Shown: positions 11,336 through 23,682, numbered from the stretch's first letter. The stretch: 64,000 bases of DNA from Chiloscyllium plagiosum (GCF_004010195.1 NC_057749.1:19859570-19923569); one strand, 5' to 3'. Notes: generated by a model not told the origin, from the sequence alone. Made by a program: numbers and translations.

Positions 11336-12059
11336 AACTCTATCCATGCCATCTGAACTGACCACTCTACTCAATTCACTGGCTTTACTGAATATTTACT
11401 GTTGAGTTGTGATATTTAAACAACTGTAATTAGGGTTTGAATCACTAACAGTTAACTGCTAAATCTCTTCAATCTTAAGGCTAATGGAGGTCCTAGAATA
11501 AAATCTGGAATTTCACTTAATAGCAGCTATTTTGAGCTTTTAAAAGACCTTGTATTAAGATTTTTAATTAGGGACTGAAGTGAGAACTTTGCAGTGGTCT
11601 TTTAAAAACAGCATCTGCTATTTGATCAGCCATATTTGATTGCAGACAATTGGGAGTCACAGGGTTGTGTACTGATGCAGCTGAGTGGCAACCATGTTTT
11701 AAACATAGTTTTTTTAGATTACATTACATTAGTGTGGAAACAGGCCCTTCGGCCCAACAAGTCCACACCGACCCGCCGAAGCGTAACCCACCCATACCCC
11801 TACATTTACCCCTTACCTAACACTAGGTGCAATTTAGCATGGCCAATTCACCTGACCTGCACATCTTTGGACTGTGGGAGGAAACCGGAGCACCCGGAGG
11901 AAACCCACGCAGACACGGGGAGAACGTGCAAACTCCACACAGTCGCCTGAGGCGGGGATTGAACCCGGGTCTCTGGCGCTGTGAGGCAGCAGTGCTAACC
12001 ACTGTGCCAATGTGCTGCCCAACTCTAGAGTGGTCAGTTCAGATGGCATGGATAGAGTT
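11336..12059. repeat. Perfect 34-bp inverted repeat (arms 11336-11369 and 12026-12059) bracketing a SINE
   Basis: aactctatccatgccatctgaactgaccactcta and its exact reverse complement tagagtggtcagttcagatggcatggatagagtt. Confidence 0.95.
11709..12021 (-). mobile_element. HE1 SINE, full length and well preserved
   Basis: T-tail at 11709, CpGs retained, and A and B boxes on the - strand ending about 12020. Confidence 0.95.
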
Positions 12060-12374
12060 CTTGGGCAACTGAAAAGCTGTGGGGCTAGGAACAATGGGGA
12101 GAAGTGTTTTGGATCTTGACAGTTTCTCTGTTCTCAGCAGTAAAATTCTCACTTTGAACTTGAAGGAAGAATTTCCTTTTTTTTTTCAATCTAAGTAATT
12201 TTTAAGCGAAGTAGTCGAAGAATTATCTCCCCTTTTTTTGTCTCAGACTGATGTAAGCAAACAATAAAGTGATTACTTGACCAGCACAGGTTTTTTTACC
12301 TTAAGCTATGAATAGGAATGACTAAACTGTCTTCCAGCTTTCAACCGTAACTGACTTGTCCCTGTCTGTTTGCC

Positions 12375-12640
12375 TAGGTTTCGGGTGAGAGGGAAAGAGG
12401 AGACCTAAGGGGCAACTTTTTCACGCAGCAGGTGGTGCATGTATGGAATGAGCTGCAAGAGGAAGTGGCAGCTAGTACAATTCTAACATTTAGAAGGCAT
12501 CTGGATGGGTATATGAACATGAAGGGTTTGGAGCAATATGGGCTGGCTGCTGGCATGTAGGGCTTGACTAGGTTGGGATATCTGATCACATGACAAGTTG
12601 GACCAAAGGGTCTGTTTCCATGCTGTACATCTGACTCTAT
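12375..12640 (+). mobile_element. CR1/HER1 LINE 3' fragment
   Basis: gacctaaggggcaactttttcacgcag…gttggaccaaagggtctgtttccatgctgtacatct tail, whose end is shared with the HE1 SINE 3' end. Confidence 0.85.
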
Positions 12641-12984
12641 AATTAGTTAAACGCTACTTAGTGCTGTACTCAAAACTAATTTGAGGCAGAGTTCTTATTG
12701 CAAAACAACTTCACTGCAACTACTCAGTCTTTGACTAGTCTCATCCCTTTTTATTTTAGATTAACTTGACTTTTCTGGCCTGAATACTATTTTGGCAAAT
12801 TAGCTTTAATTACCTAATTCCAGGATCAACCTTGAACCCATGTCACTTTTGTTAAAACTAACATTTAGAACCGGGCAGGCTATGCAATATTCTGATCAGT
12901 GACACATTTAATTGCAAAGGAAGCTTACATCTTTATGCATGGCTGAATTGGATAGTTTCTCTATTGGCTGTCATTTTGTGTAAA

Positions 12985-13211
12985 AAGGTTTTGAGAAGAT
13001 TTGTAGCTCAGGTTGATGTTTTGGATGTAGGTTTGATTGCTGAGCTGGAAGGTTCACTTCCAGACATTTCATTACCCTACTAGTAACCTCTTCAGTGGGC
13101 CTCAGGCAAAGCAATACTGAAAATTCCTGCTTTCTATTTATCTGTTTGGGTTTCTTTGGGTTGGTGATGGGAATGAACCTTCCAGCTCCATGTGCAAACC
13201 TACATCCAAAA
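12985..13211 (-). mobile_element. Short fold-back Penelope-like remnant with about 42-bp inverted repeats (13019-13060 / 13171-13211)
   Basis: ttttggatgtaggtttg…gagctggaaggttca versus tgaaccttccagctc…caaacctacatccaaaa; the left end aagatttgtagct is shared with the PLE at 20327. Confidence 0.75.
13060..13098 (-). ncRNA. Minimal type-I hammerhead ribozyme motif with intact catalytic core (PLE-derived)
   Basis: The - strand reads cca CUGAAGA g GUUAC uaguagg GUAAU GAAA u GUC ugg: CUGANGA and GAAA boxes, 5-bp stem II, GUC cleavage triplet, 3-bp stem I and vestigial stem III. Confidence 0.65.
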
Positions 13212-13294
13212 GCTGTTGTATTTTATGCATCTAATGGACAAACTGCAAGACAGTGGTACAAACTCTTGGATTTCAGTAAGGCTTTAAGACTGGG

Positions 13295-13612
13295 AAGTAA
13301 TTGTCTTGTGGTATTATTGCTAGATTTATATTAATACAGAGACACTCGTGATATTCTGGGGACCTGAATTCAAATCCTGCTATTGCAGATGATGGAATTT
13401 GAATTCAATAACCCGGAATTAAGGGCTAATGGCTTTTTAAATGTACAATTGACAGTCGAAGTCATCTCATTCACAAATGTGAACTATGCAAATAAACTGT
13501 CATGCATTTCTCATTTGGCCTATGTTTGCTCCAGATCCACAAGTGGTTGACTTCTGATGGAGATGAGCAATAAATGCTGGCCAAGCCTGTGACAATCATA
13601 TCCTGCAAATAA
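13295..13612 (+). mobile_element. Old tRNA-derived SINE of a second family (possibly Deu/SacSINE1-like); a related copy lies at about 39400-39620
   Basis: B-box-like gaattcaaatcc, ggaatttgaattcaataa, and tail gcaataaatgctggcc…atatcctg. Confidence 0.55.
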
Positions 13613-14837
13613 GTTTTTCTTTAACGTGACGCCTCCTGTATAACCAACCTCTAATTCTTTAGATTTCGCTGAAATGGGTATGACAAACTGGCATGAATAT
13701 CCTGTCTTGAAGCTAGAATAAACTTGTCCTGAGTGTTTTATGGTGGCTAAATATTTTCAAGTACAGTCTATTAGAGCAAGATTACTTGAGCAAAATGATA
13801 AAACAAATTTTTGGTTAGAGATGAATATTAGCTAGGGCACTCTACAATTAGAACTAAATTGCAAGGAGTAAATGAGACTTTTTACCAAAATAAACCTCCT
13901 TCAATACAGCAGTATTGCCTTAATTGATATAGATTCTTATTTGCCTGGGTGGCATAAAACTGCAATCCTTTTGACCTTGACAGCTGAAGAAAAGACTACA
14001 CAGCCAATCATTTACCTATTGAGACTTCTTCTATCTCGTCATAGAATCCCTACAGTCGTTCAACATCTTTTGGTTCTTGTCTAAGCATGTGAACTGATTG
14101 CTGCCTCCAAGTGGATCTATAATGGCAAGTGGAGGGCCAAATCTAAGGCATCTTTATCAAAACAGCATTGTGACGTTTACTCTGCATTTATCTTGAAAGC
14201 TTTGCCACCTTCAGAAACAGATCCATGGAGATGGTAAAGCTGTTTTGTTGAGCTAAACCAATTGATTTGCAAAACAAGTGGCTTAAGATACTCGTGGAAA
14301 TGATCTGATTCCAACCTTGCAGCACTAAATGAAGTGCTTTTTGCAATGAGGCATTTTCAAATCTACTAAAACTAGTGATTTATTAGTAAACAAAATTGCT
14401 GGTCTGAGAATGCTCATAGACCCATTCTAATGTAGTGCACCATTAATGAGAACGCCACCAACTTGAAACATCAAACCTTTTTAACCAGTTATCATCTGAT
14501 TTAAGATTCAGGATGCTATGAATGAGGGAAAATATCCAATTGTCAGTAGCTACAAAAAAAGCTAGTGAACCTCTGTTCTGAATCAAAGTTAATTACAGCC
14601 TGTGTAAACTTTAACCTGCCTTGGATTGGGCTCCAGAAAATGGGGGTTTTTGGAGTCCAATATGAGATCATGCATAAGACCTTGCATGCCTCATTTCCAA
14701 GTTTTTAATGCCTGAAGGTTTTACTCGAGTTAATATTTGCATTGTAGAGGCAGATCTCCACTTTGTGGGGTAAGTGCTAAAGGGAGTATCTGACCTAGTC
14801 ACTTGGTCAAAGCACAAGTTGTGACCTGTTTGTAGCA

Positions 14838-15115
14838 CTGGCTGTGGTTAGCACTGCCTCAGTGCTAGGGACCTAGGTTTGATTCCATCCTTGGGTGACT
14901 GCAAATTCCATTGACTGTCTCCCTGTGTCTACATGAGTTTCTTCTGGTTCACTGACTTCCTCCCCACAGTCCAAAGATGTGCAGGTTAGGTGGGTTAGCC
15001 AAGGGAAATGCAGGGTACAGGGAGTTGGGTATGGGTCAGATCCTCTTTGAATCAATGCCAATCCTTCAATGGGCCAAGTGTCCTGTTTTGACGTGAAGCA
15101 TGGCATCTCTACAAT
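14838..15115 (+). mobile_element. HE1-like SINE, diverged
   Basis: gtggttagcactgcctca…ggtttgattcca…ccacagtccaaagatgtgcaggttagg. Confidence 0.8.
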
Positions 15116-16359
15116 CAGTGCTTTGAAGAAAGGTGGAGAGACTGTGGGTAGCTAAGGATACTTCTAATGGCAGTCTTCAGATAGCTAAAGTTCCAAAGCA
15201 GTTCTCAACCATAAAGAGCAGTCCAATTCATACTTGCTTTTAGAAAAGTGTTACCATAAAGCTAAAGCATGGCTTTCAAGAGGGAGTAAATTTTTAATAT
15301 CATTCTGAGGAGCTGCTGTGAAAGGTGTTGGAGCTGTGACTACATCAATTGTTATCCTTTAGAATGGCAGCAATGGCTGATGTTGCAATACCTCTATTAC
15401 TTGCAATCACCCTGAGCATGGATCAGCTTCTAATTTTTAAGGAGTACAATATAATTAGAATCCACAGCCTGGTCTTCAGATCTTCAACTCCAGCACTGAA
15501 GTGCCTCAGCCAGCACTTGCTGTGTATATTATATCTGGATCTCGAGCTTCCACATGCTATAGCAACAATTAATTTAGAACAGAGATGTCAGGATGGAATT
15601 TGGATGCTAGGTGTATTAGTGAATTTTATAATCACTTGTGATAATGCCTCTGGCTCAAATTGAGTAATAAGGTAGACCAGGTAATCAACAGTATTCCCAA
15701 TTTAGTGGAGTGTAGAGTACAAGAGCAAAGGGGTTATCACCCTTCATGAGCTGTCTCAGTTAGATTATTGAGTAATTCTCTGTCTCACCACAAAGATGTG
15801 AATGCATTGGAGAAGGAGCTTTAAAGCATGGTCTTGAGTCAGAGGTCAAGTTAAGACTAAGGGGAGGTTTGATGCAAGTTTGAGTGTCTATTGGACAGAT
15901 GTTCCTGATGTAACTTTTGAGAAGTGTGCAAACAGCAGCATGTGGTTGGGTCTGGAATGCACTGTCTGGTAGGTAGTTTGAGGAGGTGTGGTGCATTGAT
16001 TATTTCTGTTTGAATATCTTGTGCAGGGTTATCTTTTGGGGAGGGAGGAGAGAGAAGTGGCAAAGTTGAAAATGGTCAGGACCAGTACAAACAAGTCAAA
16101 TGACCAATTCTGAATAGTCTTTGCGTAAGTTTTTTTTTATAAAAGCAACAATGTTGGTGACCCTCTTATCCTTTGGGTTTCTTGGCAGCAAATCCAGGCC
16201 ATCTACCTTGACCACATCTGAGATTTAATGTGCTGTGAATGTTATCTAGAATCAATAGAAGGCAAATATATGATGGGTTTTGGGGCTCAAGTTGCATCTT
16301 CATACTAACAGGTTTTTCTGTTCAAACATCATAGTAGTTTAACTGCTTGCTAACTCATA

Positions 16360-17670
16360 GAGTAATATCGCATAGAAACAGGCCTTGCAGCCTCAACTGG
16401 TCCATACTGACCAAGGTGTACCCTCAGCTAGTTCCAATTGCCTGCACTTTATCCATATCTCCCCTCACCCTTCCATCCATGTACCTATCCAAATGTGTTT
16501 TAATTGTTACTGTACCTGCCCCAACCACTTTCTCTGGCAGCCCTTTCCATATATGCACTGCTTTCTGCGTGAAGAAGTTGCCCCTCAGGTGGTTCTTAAA
16601 TCGTTCCCTTCTCACCCAGGCTATGCAACTGAAGGTACTCCATAGGGCTCATTTGGCACCAGAACAGCTTCTAAAATTTAGACAATATCCCCAATGTGCC
16701 CCAAATGTAAAATGGATGTTGGTGCACTTTCTCATTGCTTGTGGTCATGCCAGATATTGGGTTGCCATAGTGTTTTGGAAGGGTTTTGGGAACTGAGGTT
16801 AAGTTGATCCATTGTCCCTCTTGGGTCTTCAAAAATCTCCTCTGTTTGGACATGCATGGGAAGAAATTGTTTAATACTCTTTCGTTCTGTGAGGAAGAAC
16901 ACTTTAATGAGCTAGGTGTTGGAGAATCACCTGGGACTTTCAGGCTGGCATAGATTAGTTATGGAGGCCCCCCTCCCCCCAGACTTGCAAGCATGGTGCA
17001 CCAGAAAGCTGAACTGTTCTACAGAACATGACAGCCCTTTCTGAATTGTTTAGATGCAGACTCATTGGCTATACTGATCAGAGCCCTCTTGGCTACATAA
17101 ACAAATGTCTGGCAGTTGGGAGCCCCCTAGGGGTAAGAATTAAATACTGGTTTGCTTATTAATACTTCCATTGGTAGGAATTTTGGGATTGTGCTGTGTA
17201 GTAATTTAATAGAACATTAATTTAAGTTACCTTGGTATAATTTGGCTTTATTTTTAGTTATTCATTGAATTGTAGTTTTAGTAGGTTTTTCTCTTCAGTT
17301 TGTGGAGTAGAGTAGTTTGTTTCTTGTCATATTATAAAAGTTGTCACTATTGTAATTTTGTAAAAACCTTAATCCTATTTTCTCTCAATATTCACAAAAA
17401 AATTTCCCTTCTCACCTTAAACCTATACACTCTAGTTTTTTTAATTTCACCATCTCTTGGGGGTGGGGGGAGCAGAAGAGGTGGGAAAGAGACTATATGC
17501 ATTCATCCTGTTCATGCCTTTATTGATTTTTTTTTTTTTTTTATTGATTTTTTTTTTTTTTTTTCCCCCCCAATGTATACACACATCCATCAACCATTGC
17601 CCTCTCCCTTTGAGCCTTTGAATCCAATTAGCTAGTTCTCCCTGGACACCATGTGACCTAATCTTCACAA
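16360..17670 (-). mobile_element. CR1/HER1 3' fragment split by an L1 insertion
   Basis: ORF 16424-16615(-) RERFKNHLRGNFFTQKAVHIWKGLPEKVVGAGT is the CR1 ORF2 C-terminus; CR1 sequence resumes at 17404. Confidence 0.8.
16617..17403 (+). mobile_element. 5'-truncated L1-clade LINE 3' end with 13-bp TSD
   Basis: QAMQLKVLHRAHLAP… followed by a degenerate Cys-rich knuckle and an A tail near 17396-17402. TSD ttcccttctcacc at 16604-16616 and 17404-17416. Confidence 0.85.
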
Positions 17671-18560
17671 TCTAGAAAGTGGCAGTTCATGGTTTTTTCT
17701 AGCTTTTTGTAAATATTTATTAGCAAACTTTTTACTTTATGAACATATGAAATTATTGAAAAATACAGTCAACACTTGGCAGTATAATAAAATTTCAATA
17801 CAACTACTGTCTACTTACTATTAACCTACCCTATAATACAAAACTAAACCCTAACTGTGCAAAGCAACACCAACAAATATTTAATAGATCAGAAAAGCAA
17901 AAGAAAATATAAAATACAAAAGTGCCTGGCACAAAGCTCCGAAACACAAGATTAGGAGCGTTGTATATGTACCTATATTAACTCGGGAGTCTCCCTTCCA
18001 GGGCCCAGGGCTCAACAAACCTAACCATCCTGATTAAACAAATGCCCTAGCTAAGATAACTGACAAATAACTCTGGTAGGGCTGCCATGTCTTATAAAAA
18101 TGGTCTGTGTGGTGCACCATTTTTAAAAAAAAAACAACTTCCTCCACCCCAGCATGCCTGGCAGGTTCTCATGCACCCAGTTCAGTCCATGTATAGTATA
18201 AAAGAATATTAGTTTCTTCCCATTCTCATCTAAAGATGGTAAATTCGGTAGACCTAAGAGGAGAGATATCGGGTCTACTTTAACCTCTGTCCTCAATACC
18301 CTCCCTATCTCTTCTGCCACAGCACTCCAATAAACATGGAGCCTGTGACATGTCCAGAAGCAATGGGTAAGAGTACCTCTGTGTATCTTGCATTTGGGGC
18401 ACATTGGAGAGGTTCCTTTTTTAAACTTCTGCAGATGAACCCTGCGCAGAACTTTCACTGCTTAGCGCATGTCCTATTACAGATTGAGATCTTTAGAGCA
18501 TTCTCCCATGATTCAGAAGAGATCTCTGCTCCCAGACCCAGACACCCCCCCCGCCCCGCA

Positions 18561-18644
18561 CTGTGTACTGTGTTCTATGTACTGTTTACTCTGTACTGTG
18601 TACTGTGTTCTGTCTACTGTGTTCAGTGTACTGTGTACTCTGTA
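18561..18644. repeat. 7-bp tandem repeat (CTGTGTA) x12, degenerate, inside L1 ORF2
   Basis: ctgtgta ctgtgtt ctatgta ctgttta ctctgta ctgtgta… over 84 bp. Confidence 0.9.
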
Positions 18645-20399
18645 GCTCAGTTGGTCAAAAGACATCATAACCTCTCCCTCAAACCAGTCTCCCAAACTGG
18701 AAACTGCTCTTGCTGCCCATATTTTGGAACCCTAAGACCATCACTGGTCAGACGCCTGGCATGCCAACTAAAGGTGTAAGTGGCGAAGTCTTGAATGAAC
18801 AACCCTCACTCTGATGCATTGCCCTCCATGCCTTGACCATACTAATGACAACAGGGTTCCAGCAGTGGTCCATAACTGTCATCTTATACATGAACAACAG
18901 GTTAATAAGAGGGCACTTCGCCTGGGAGGCATCAATATCCAGCCCTATTGAGTTCTGATCATTACCTACCCATTTGCAGACAAAGGATGCAAGGAACTCC
19001 GTTGATACTTCCTGATGTCTGGGAAATCAACTCCTCCCCCTCAAGGCAACTGCAATTTAGTAAGTTTTAGGGGGTGCCCATGATGCCAGACAAAGGAACC
19101 AAATAAGTTTCCACAGCGTTGACCTGGGAGACATCATAGGGAGCATACATATGGGATAAAGCAAATGAGGAAGGACATTCATTTTGGTGAGGGCTATTCA
19201 TCCCAACCATGAAATTGGAAGAGCCTCCCATCTCTGGAGATTCTGCCTAATATTGTCAAATGAGCAAAGTTAATCCAAAAAACCAATCAAACTTAGGGTA
19301 GTAACCTCTCCCTTAAAAGGGAGCTTAAGGCCATTTTCAGGTATGTCTTTGAGGTTCCGCAAAGGCATAGCTTTTGATTTTGCCAAGTTGATCTTTTATC
19401 CTAAAATAGTCCCAAATTAATTGATATATTGTATCAAGTGGGGTACAGAGGTCATTGGGTTTGATTTTAAAAACAGAAGGACATCATCCTCCTAGTATTA
19501 TTGGAGGATCTATGGCCCCTTCTAAAGCCTGTCTGGTCCTCCCTAACAATATAGGGCAACACATTTTCCAATGTCAGTGCCAGGATCTTACAGAATTTTG
19601 AAATCTGAAATTAATAGAAATGGGCATGTTTGCAGCACAATCCTCAGGAAGCTTCCCCTTAAGAATTAAGAAATATTTAGCTTCTCTCAAATATATGGTG
19701 GTCAGAATTCATGCATATAGGAGTGATTTGTAATCTTCAACATTAGCCCTGTCAGAATCCCTATAAACTCCTTAAAACTCACTCCGAAGCCCATCAGGGC
19801 CAGTTGCTTTCCCACTCTGAAGTTGCCTAGCTGCCTCCTGTATTTCCTGAACTGTCAAGGGGGCATGGAGAGAGACCTGCTCCAAGGTTACCCCTGGGAG
19901 GTCCAGGTTCTTTAAAAAGTCTCAATTTTAGCCCTTTCTTTCAGACCAATTACAATTCAGATGATTAATTCTGAAAAGTTTCATCCTTTTGGCATCGTAT
20001 GTAAGGTCCCCAGTGCTGTCTGATTGCAGTAATGGATTGGGGAGCAAGCTTTTTCCTAGTCAGGTACGCTAAATACTTCCCTAGTCTATCCCCATACTCA
20101 ACAGCCTTTGTCTAACAAAAGCAAGTTTGTTTTTTTTTTTCTTTGCGTTTTCAGTATTGAATTCAAGGAAACCCAAGGGGCTGTGACTGCTGTAGCTTAG
20201 TCACCAAAGGCCATGCAAAATGTGCCGCCTCGGCAGCTTTCAACAGTGTCTCAAGTAGACACTGCTGTTCCTCCTTCCGTCATTTCCAGCTAGCCGAAAG
20301 GGAAATAGCTAATACCCGAGCAAAGGTTCAAAGTTTGTACAAAGATTTGTAGCTTGGGTGCTGATTGTAGTTCTGTTCTCAGAGCTGGGAATTTCTGGT

Positions 20400-20439
20400 G
20401 CAGACGTTTCGTCTCCTGTCTGGGTGACATCCTCTGTGC
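20400..20439 (-). ncRNA. Minimal hammerhead motif with a core mutation (CAGAGGA instead of CUGAGGA)
   Basis: - strand gca CAGAGGA ugucacccagacaggagac GAAAC GUC ugc. Confidence 0.6.
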
Positions 20440-20934
20440 TTGGGAGCCTCCTGTGAAGCGCTTCTGTGATCTTTCCTCCGGCATTTGTGGTTTGAATCTG
20501 CTGCTTCCAGTTCAGTTCCAGCTGTCTGCTGCAGTGGTTGGTATATAGGGTCCAGGTCAATGTGCTGATTGAATCTGTGGATGAGTGCCAAGCCTCTAGG
20601 AAGCCAAGACAGCTAACGATCCGCATCCATGAACACCAACTAGCCACGAAATGACACGACCAGCTATCCTTAGTAGCCACACACGCAGATGACAAGCAAC
20701 ATGAGTTCGACTGGGACAACACTACTATTATAGGACAAGCCAGACAGAGAACAGCCAGGGAATTCCTAGAGGCATGGCATTCATCCACAGATTCAATCAA
20801 TAAGCACATCGACCTGGACCCAATATACCGACCACTGCAACGGACAGCTGGAACTGACAACCGGAAGCGGCAGATTCAAACCACTACAAATGCTGGAGGA
20901 AAGATCACAGAAGTGCTTCACAGGAGGCTCCCAA

Positions 20935-20974
20935 GCACTGAGGACGTCACCTAGACAAGGGACAAAACATCTGC
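20935..20974 (+). ncRNA. Minimal hammerhead motif with a core mutation (G12 to A; GUC to AUC)
   Basis: gca CUGAGGA cgucaccuagacaagggac AAAAC AUC ugc; both changes are consistent with CpG decay relative to the sister copy at 20400-20439. Confidence 0.6.
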
Positions 20975-22930
20975 AACACAAATTCCCAGCTTGGCGAACA
21001 GAACCACAACAACCCTAGCAAAGGCTTTCATGGTCTTCCATTGCATTGACTACTAGTTGTACCTGAGTTGATAGTCAAGAATTCCTGAAACTCCTTCAAG
21101 TATTCCACAAATTTGGAATCCTTAAGAAAAGGGTTCAAATGCCAGTGCTGCAAACCTAGTCCTTGGCCTTCACCTACAAACATACTGCAGTGTGATCCGA
21201 GATAGTTATGTTCCCAATTTTTCAACCCATAATTGAATCTAAAAGGGTCAAGGGAGCCAGAAAAAGATCAATCCTCATGTGACATGCGAGTTTGAAAAAA
21301 GTGAAGTCCTTGTCAGTAGGGTGAAGATCTCTCCATATCCACCAGCCCCAATTCCTCGTATAAGTCAGCCACCTGCGTGGTATTCAACGAAATAGTTGGC
21401 CCACTAGGCACCCTGTCCACTGTCTGATCTAACAGACCATTAAAATACCCCCATAATATGCTGTGTTCCAAGGGCACTCAGCTTGAAGTACTAATCTCAC
21501 ATTTGAGGGATGTGCCAGATGATAGACATTTAAAATATCATTCCTTCCCCATGTATTAGGGCTTTTTAAGTATTTCAAACTGTCCCTGCTCTTTCACCTG
21601 CTCCAATGTGAAGGGAAGGTTTTTCTGGATAAGTACTGCCACTCCCCTAATTTTAGTGGTAAAGGATAAAAAGAATACCCAGTCATAACCCCTGTTGTAG
21701 CTTCAGATGTTCCCCATCAAGATGGGTTTTCCACAACCAAGTGATGTCAACCCTTTAAGATTAGAAAGCACTTGTTTCCCTTTTTTAACAGGCAAATGAC
21801 TTCCCTTGATGTTCCAAGTGCACCATTTAATACTACACTTTGCCATATCCCCTCTGAGACCCTTGAACCCCTGGGAGGGAGAACCTTGCTTAGAAAGTGC
21901 CAAGCACAAGTAAATAAAGACTGAGTTGAAGAGTAGTTTTTGTATACATAATTCTATCATAACTACAAACAACTATTTCTACCAAAACTACAAAGAAAAC
22001 AAACTATAATTCCTTGAATGGAAGACTCTTTCCCTCTCCCTCCCACATGCCCACAGCAGGCACTTACCCTACCCATCCCCTCCTTCACTGCTCCATCAAG
22101 CCTGGACTGTCCCAACCTTAGGGAAGGGGGGAAAAAAAAGCTGATCCTTAAATCCATAGAAAAAGCAAAGTCAGGATGAGCACTCCACCCATCCCTGGCT
22201 TCATGACACCCCTACTTCTGACTGAAAGACATCAAAGAAAAAGGAGACAACAAAGAACATCCACAGATTTCCCACTATAAAATCTAGTTGTAAGAAATAG
22301 GAACAACAAATTTTCTGGTTTTTTTTTTACAAAAAAATTAGGGAGAAAGGAAGGGAAAAACATAGGGAAAGAAGGATGAGGACAAAGTGTTCTTCAGGTC
22401 AGTCAATTTATTTTAGTGTCTACAAAGTTTATAGCTTTATCTGAGTCGCATCTATAAACTGAGTCCTCGTGGCTGAAATGGAGCACTGCAGGATACCTCA
22501 TGGAGTACTGGATATCCAGGTTTCTCAGCTTTTTAACTTCATTGAAGGACTTTCTCTATAGAGTTAAAGCTACTGAGAAATTTTGGTTTAAAATATGATT
22601 CTTGACCCTTGTCAACAGTGCCTGTGGATCTTTTCCCAGTAATCTGGAGGCTTCTATTACTACTTGTCCTTTTAGTGGAAGTGTGCTTGGACCAGGCAGG
22701 GGTGCTGTACTGGCCCAGACCTGTGCATTGTAACCCAATAAGCCCTTTCAATCTGCAGCCTGCTGGACTCTGTCTGAAGGCCTAACAACTTTGGCAGCCA
22801 GCTTTCAAAGAAGCTGACTGGCTGCTCACCTTCCAGGAGCCCGACAATTCGAAGATTGATCCTCTAACCTAGATTTTCAAGGTTGTCAATATCGTCTTGC
22901 AGGGCCTGCACTTCTCGCTCCATCACCTGG

Positions 22931-23191
22931 GTGGCATGGTGGCACAGTGGTTAGCATTGCTGCTTCACAGTGCCAGAGACCCAGGTTCAATTCCTGCTTC
23001 GGGCAACTGTCTGGAGTTTGCATGTTCTTCCCCATGTCTGTGGGTTTCCTCCAGGTGCTCTGGTTTCCTCCCACAGTCCAAAAATGTTCAGGTTAGGTGA
23101 ATTGGCCTGCTAAATTGCCCATAGTGTTAGGTGAAGGGGTAAATGTAGGGGAATGGGTCGGTGTGGACTTGTTGGGCTGACAAGTAATCTA
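22931..23191 (+). mobile_element. HE1 SINE inserted in L1 ORF1, 9-bp TSD
   Basis: A and B boxes plus a TAATC tail; TSD atcacctgg at 22922-22930 and 23192-23200. Confidence 0.92.
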
Positions 23192-23673
23192 ATCACCTGG
23201 ATCTGACCAGATGAGGACTCCATCACTGCTTCCGAGGCCTCTGTTTGACTCTCCACCTCTTTCAGCTGTTCCCGGAGGCCTTGGGTCGCCTGCTCATGCT
23301 TCTGCAGCATGGATGTGGTGGGTTGGACTTGGGCACGAATCTCCCCACGGATCTCCTCCGTCACAGCCCCAACCTTGGAGGGTAAGTCTCTCCATTGCTG
23401 CAGCCAATTCCTGAGTCTGCCAGGTCCCCAGGGGTTCAGGAGAGGCTGCTGCTACTGTGGTCCCTGATGTGCTTGGTGCTGCAGAGGAGTGTTCTCCCTG
23501 CTGCTGTTTGTTCAATCCTTTCCTGTTGGCATCCTTCCCACTCCCAAATATTAACAAATGTGTTCTGTGAGGTTTTAAACTAATTCCTCCACATGAGTTG
23601 ACCAGGGATGGCAAAAACACCATATGCCTTGGCTGTTAGGCAGAGCTGTGCATAGCCGTTCTATGGAATTGCT

Positions 23674-23682
23674 GCCATCTTG
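23674..23682 (-). promoter_or_regulatory. YY1-type motif CAAGATGGC about 10 nt inside the L1 5' end (internal promoter)
   Basis: gccatcttg on +; same motif and similar relative position as the YY1 site of mammalian L1 5' UTRs. Confidence 0.6.

Larger units (their letters stand above)
20327..21011. mobile_element. Fold-back Penelope-like element remnant (GIY-YIG C-terminus with inverted pLTRs) inserted in L1 ORF2
   Basis: Arms about 20356-20602 and 20763-21011 are reverse complements. The + frame reads RQLTIRIHEHQLATK*HDQLSLVATHADDKQHEFDWDNTTIIGQARQRTAREFLEAWHS. TSD accc(g/t)agcaaagg at 20314-20326 and 21012-21024. Confidence 0.9.
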
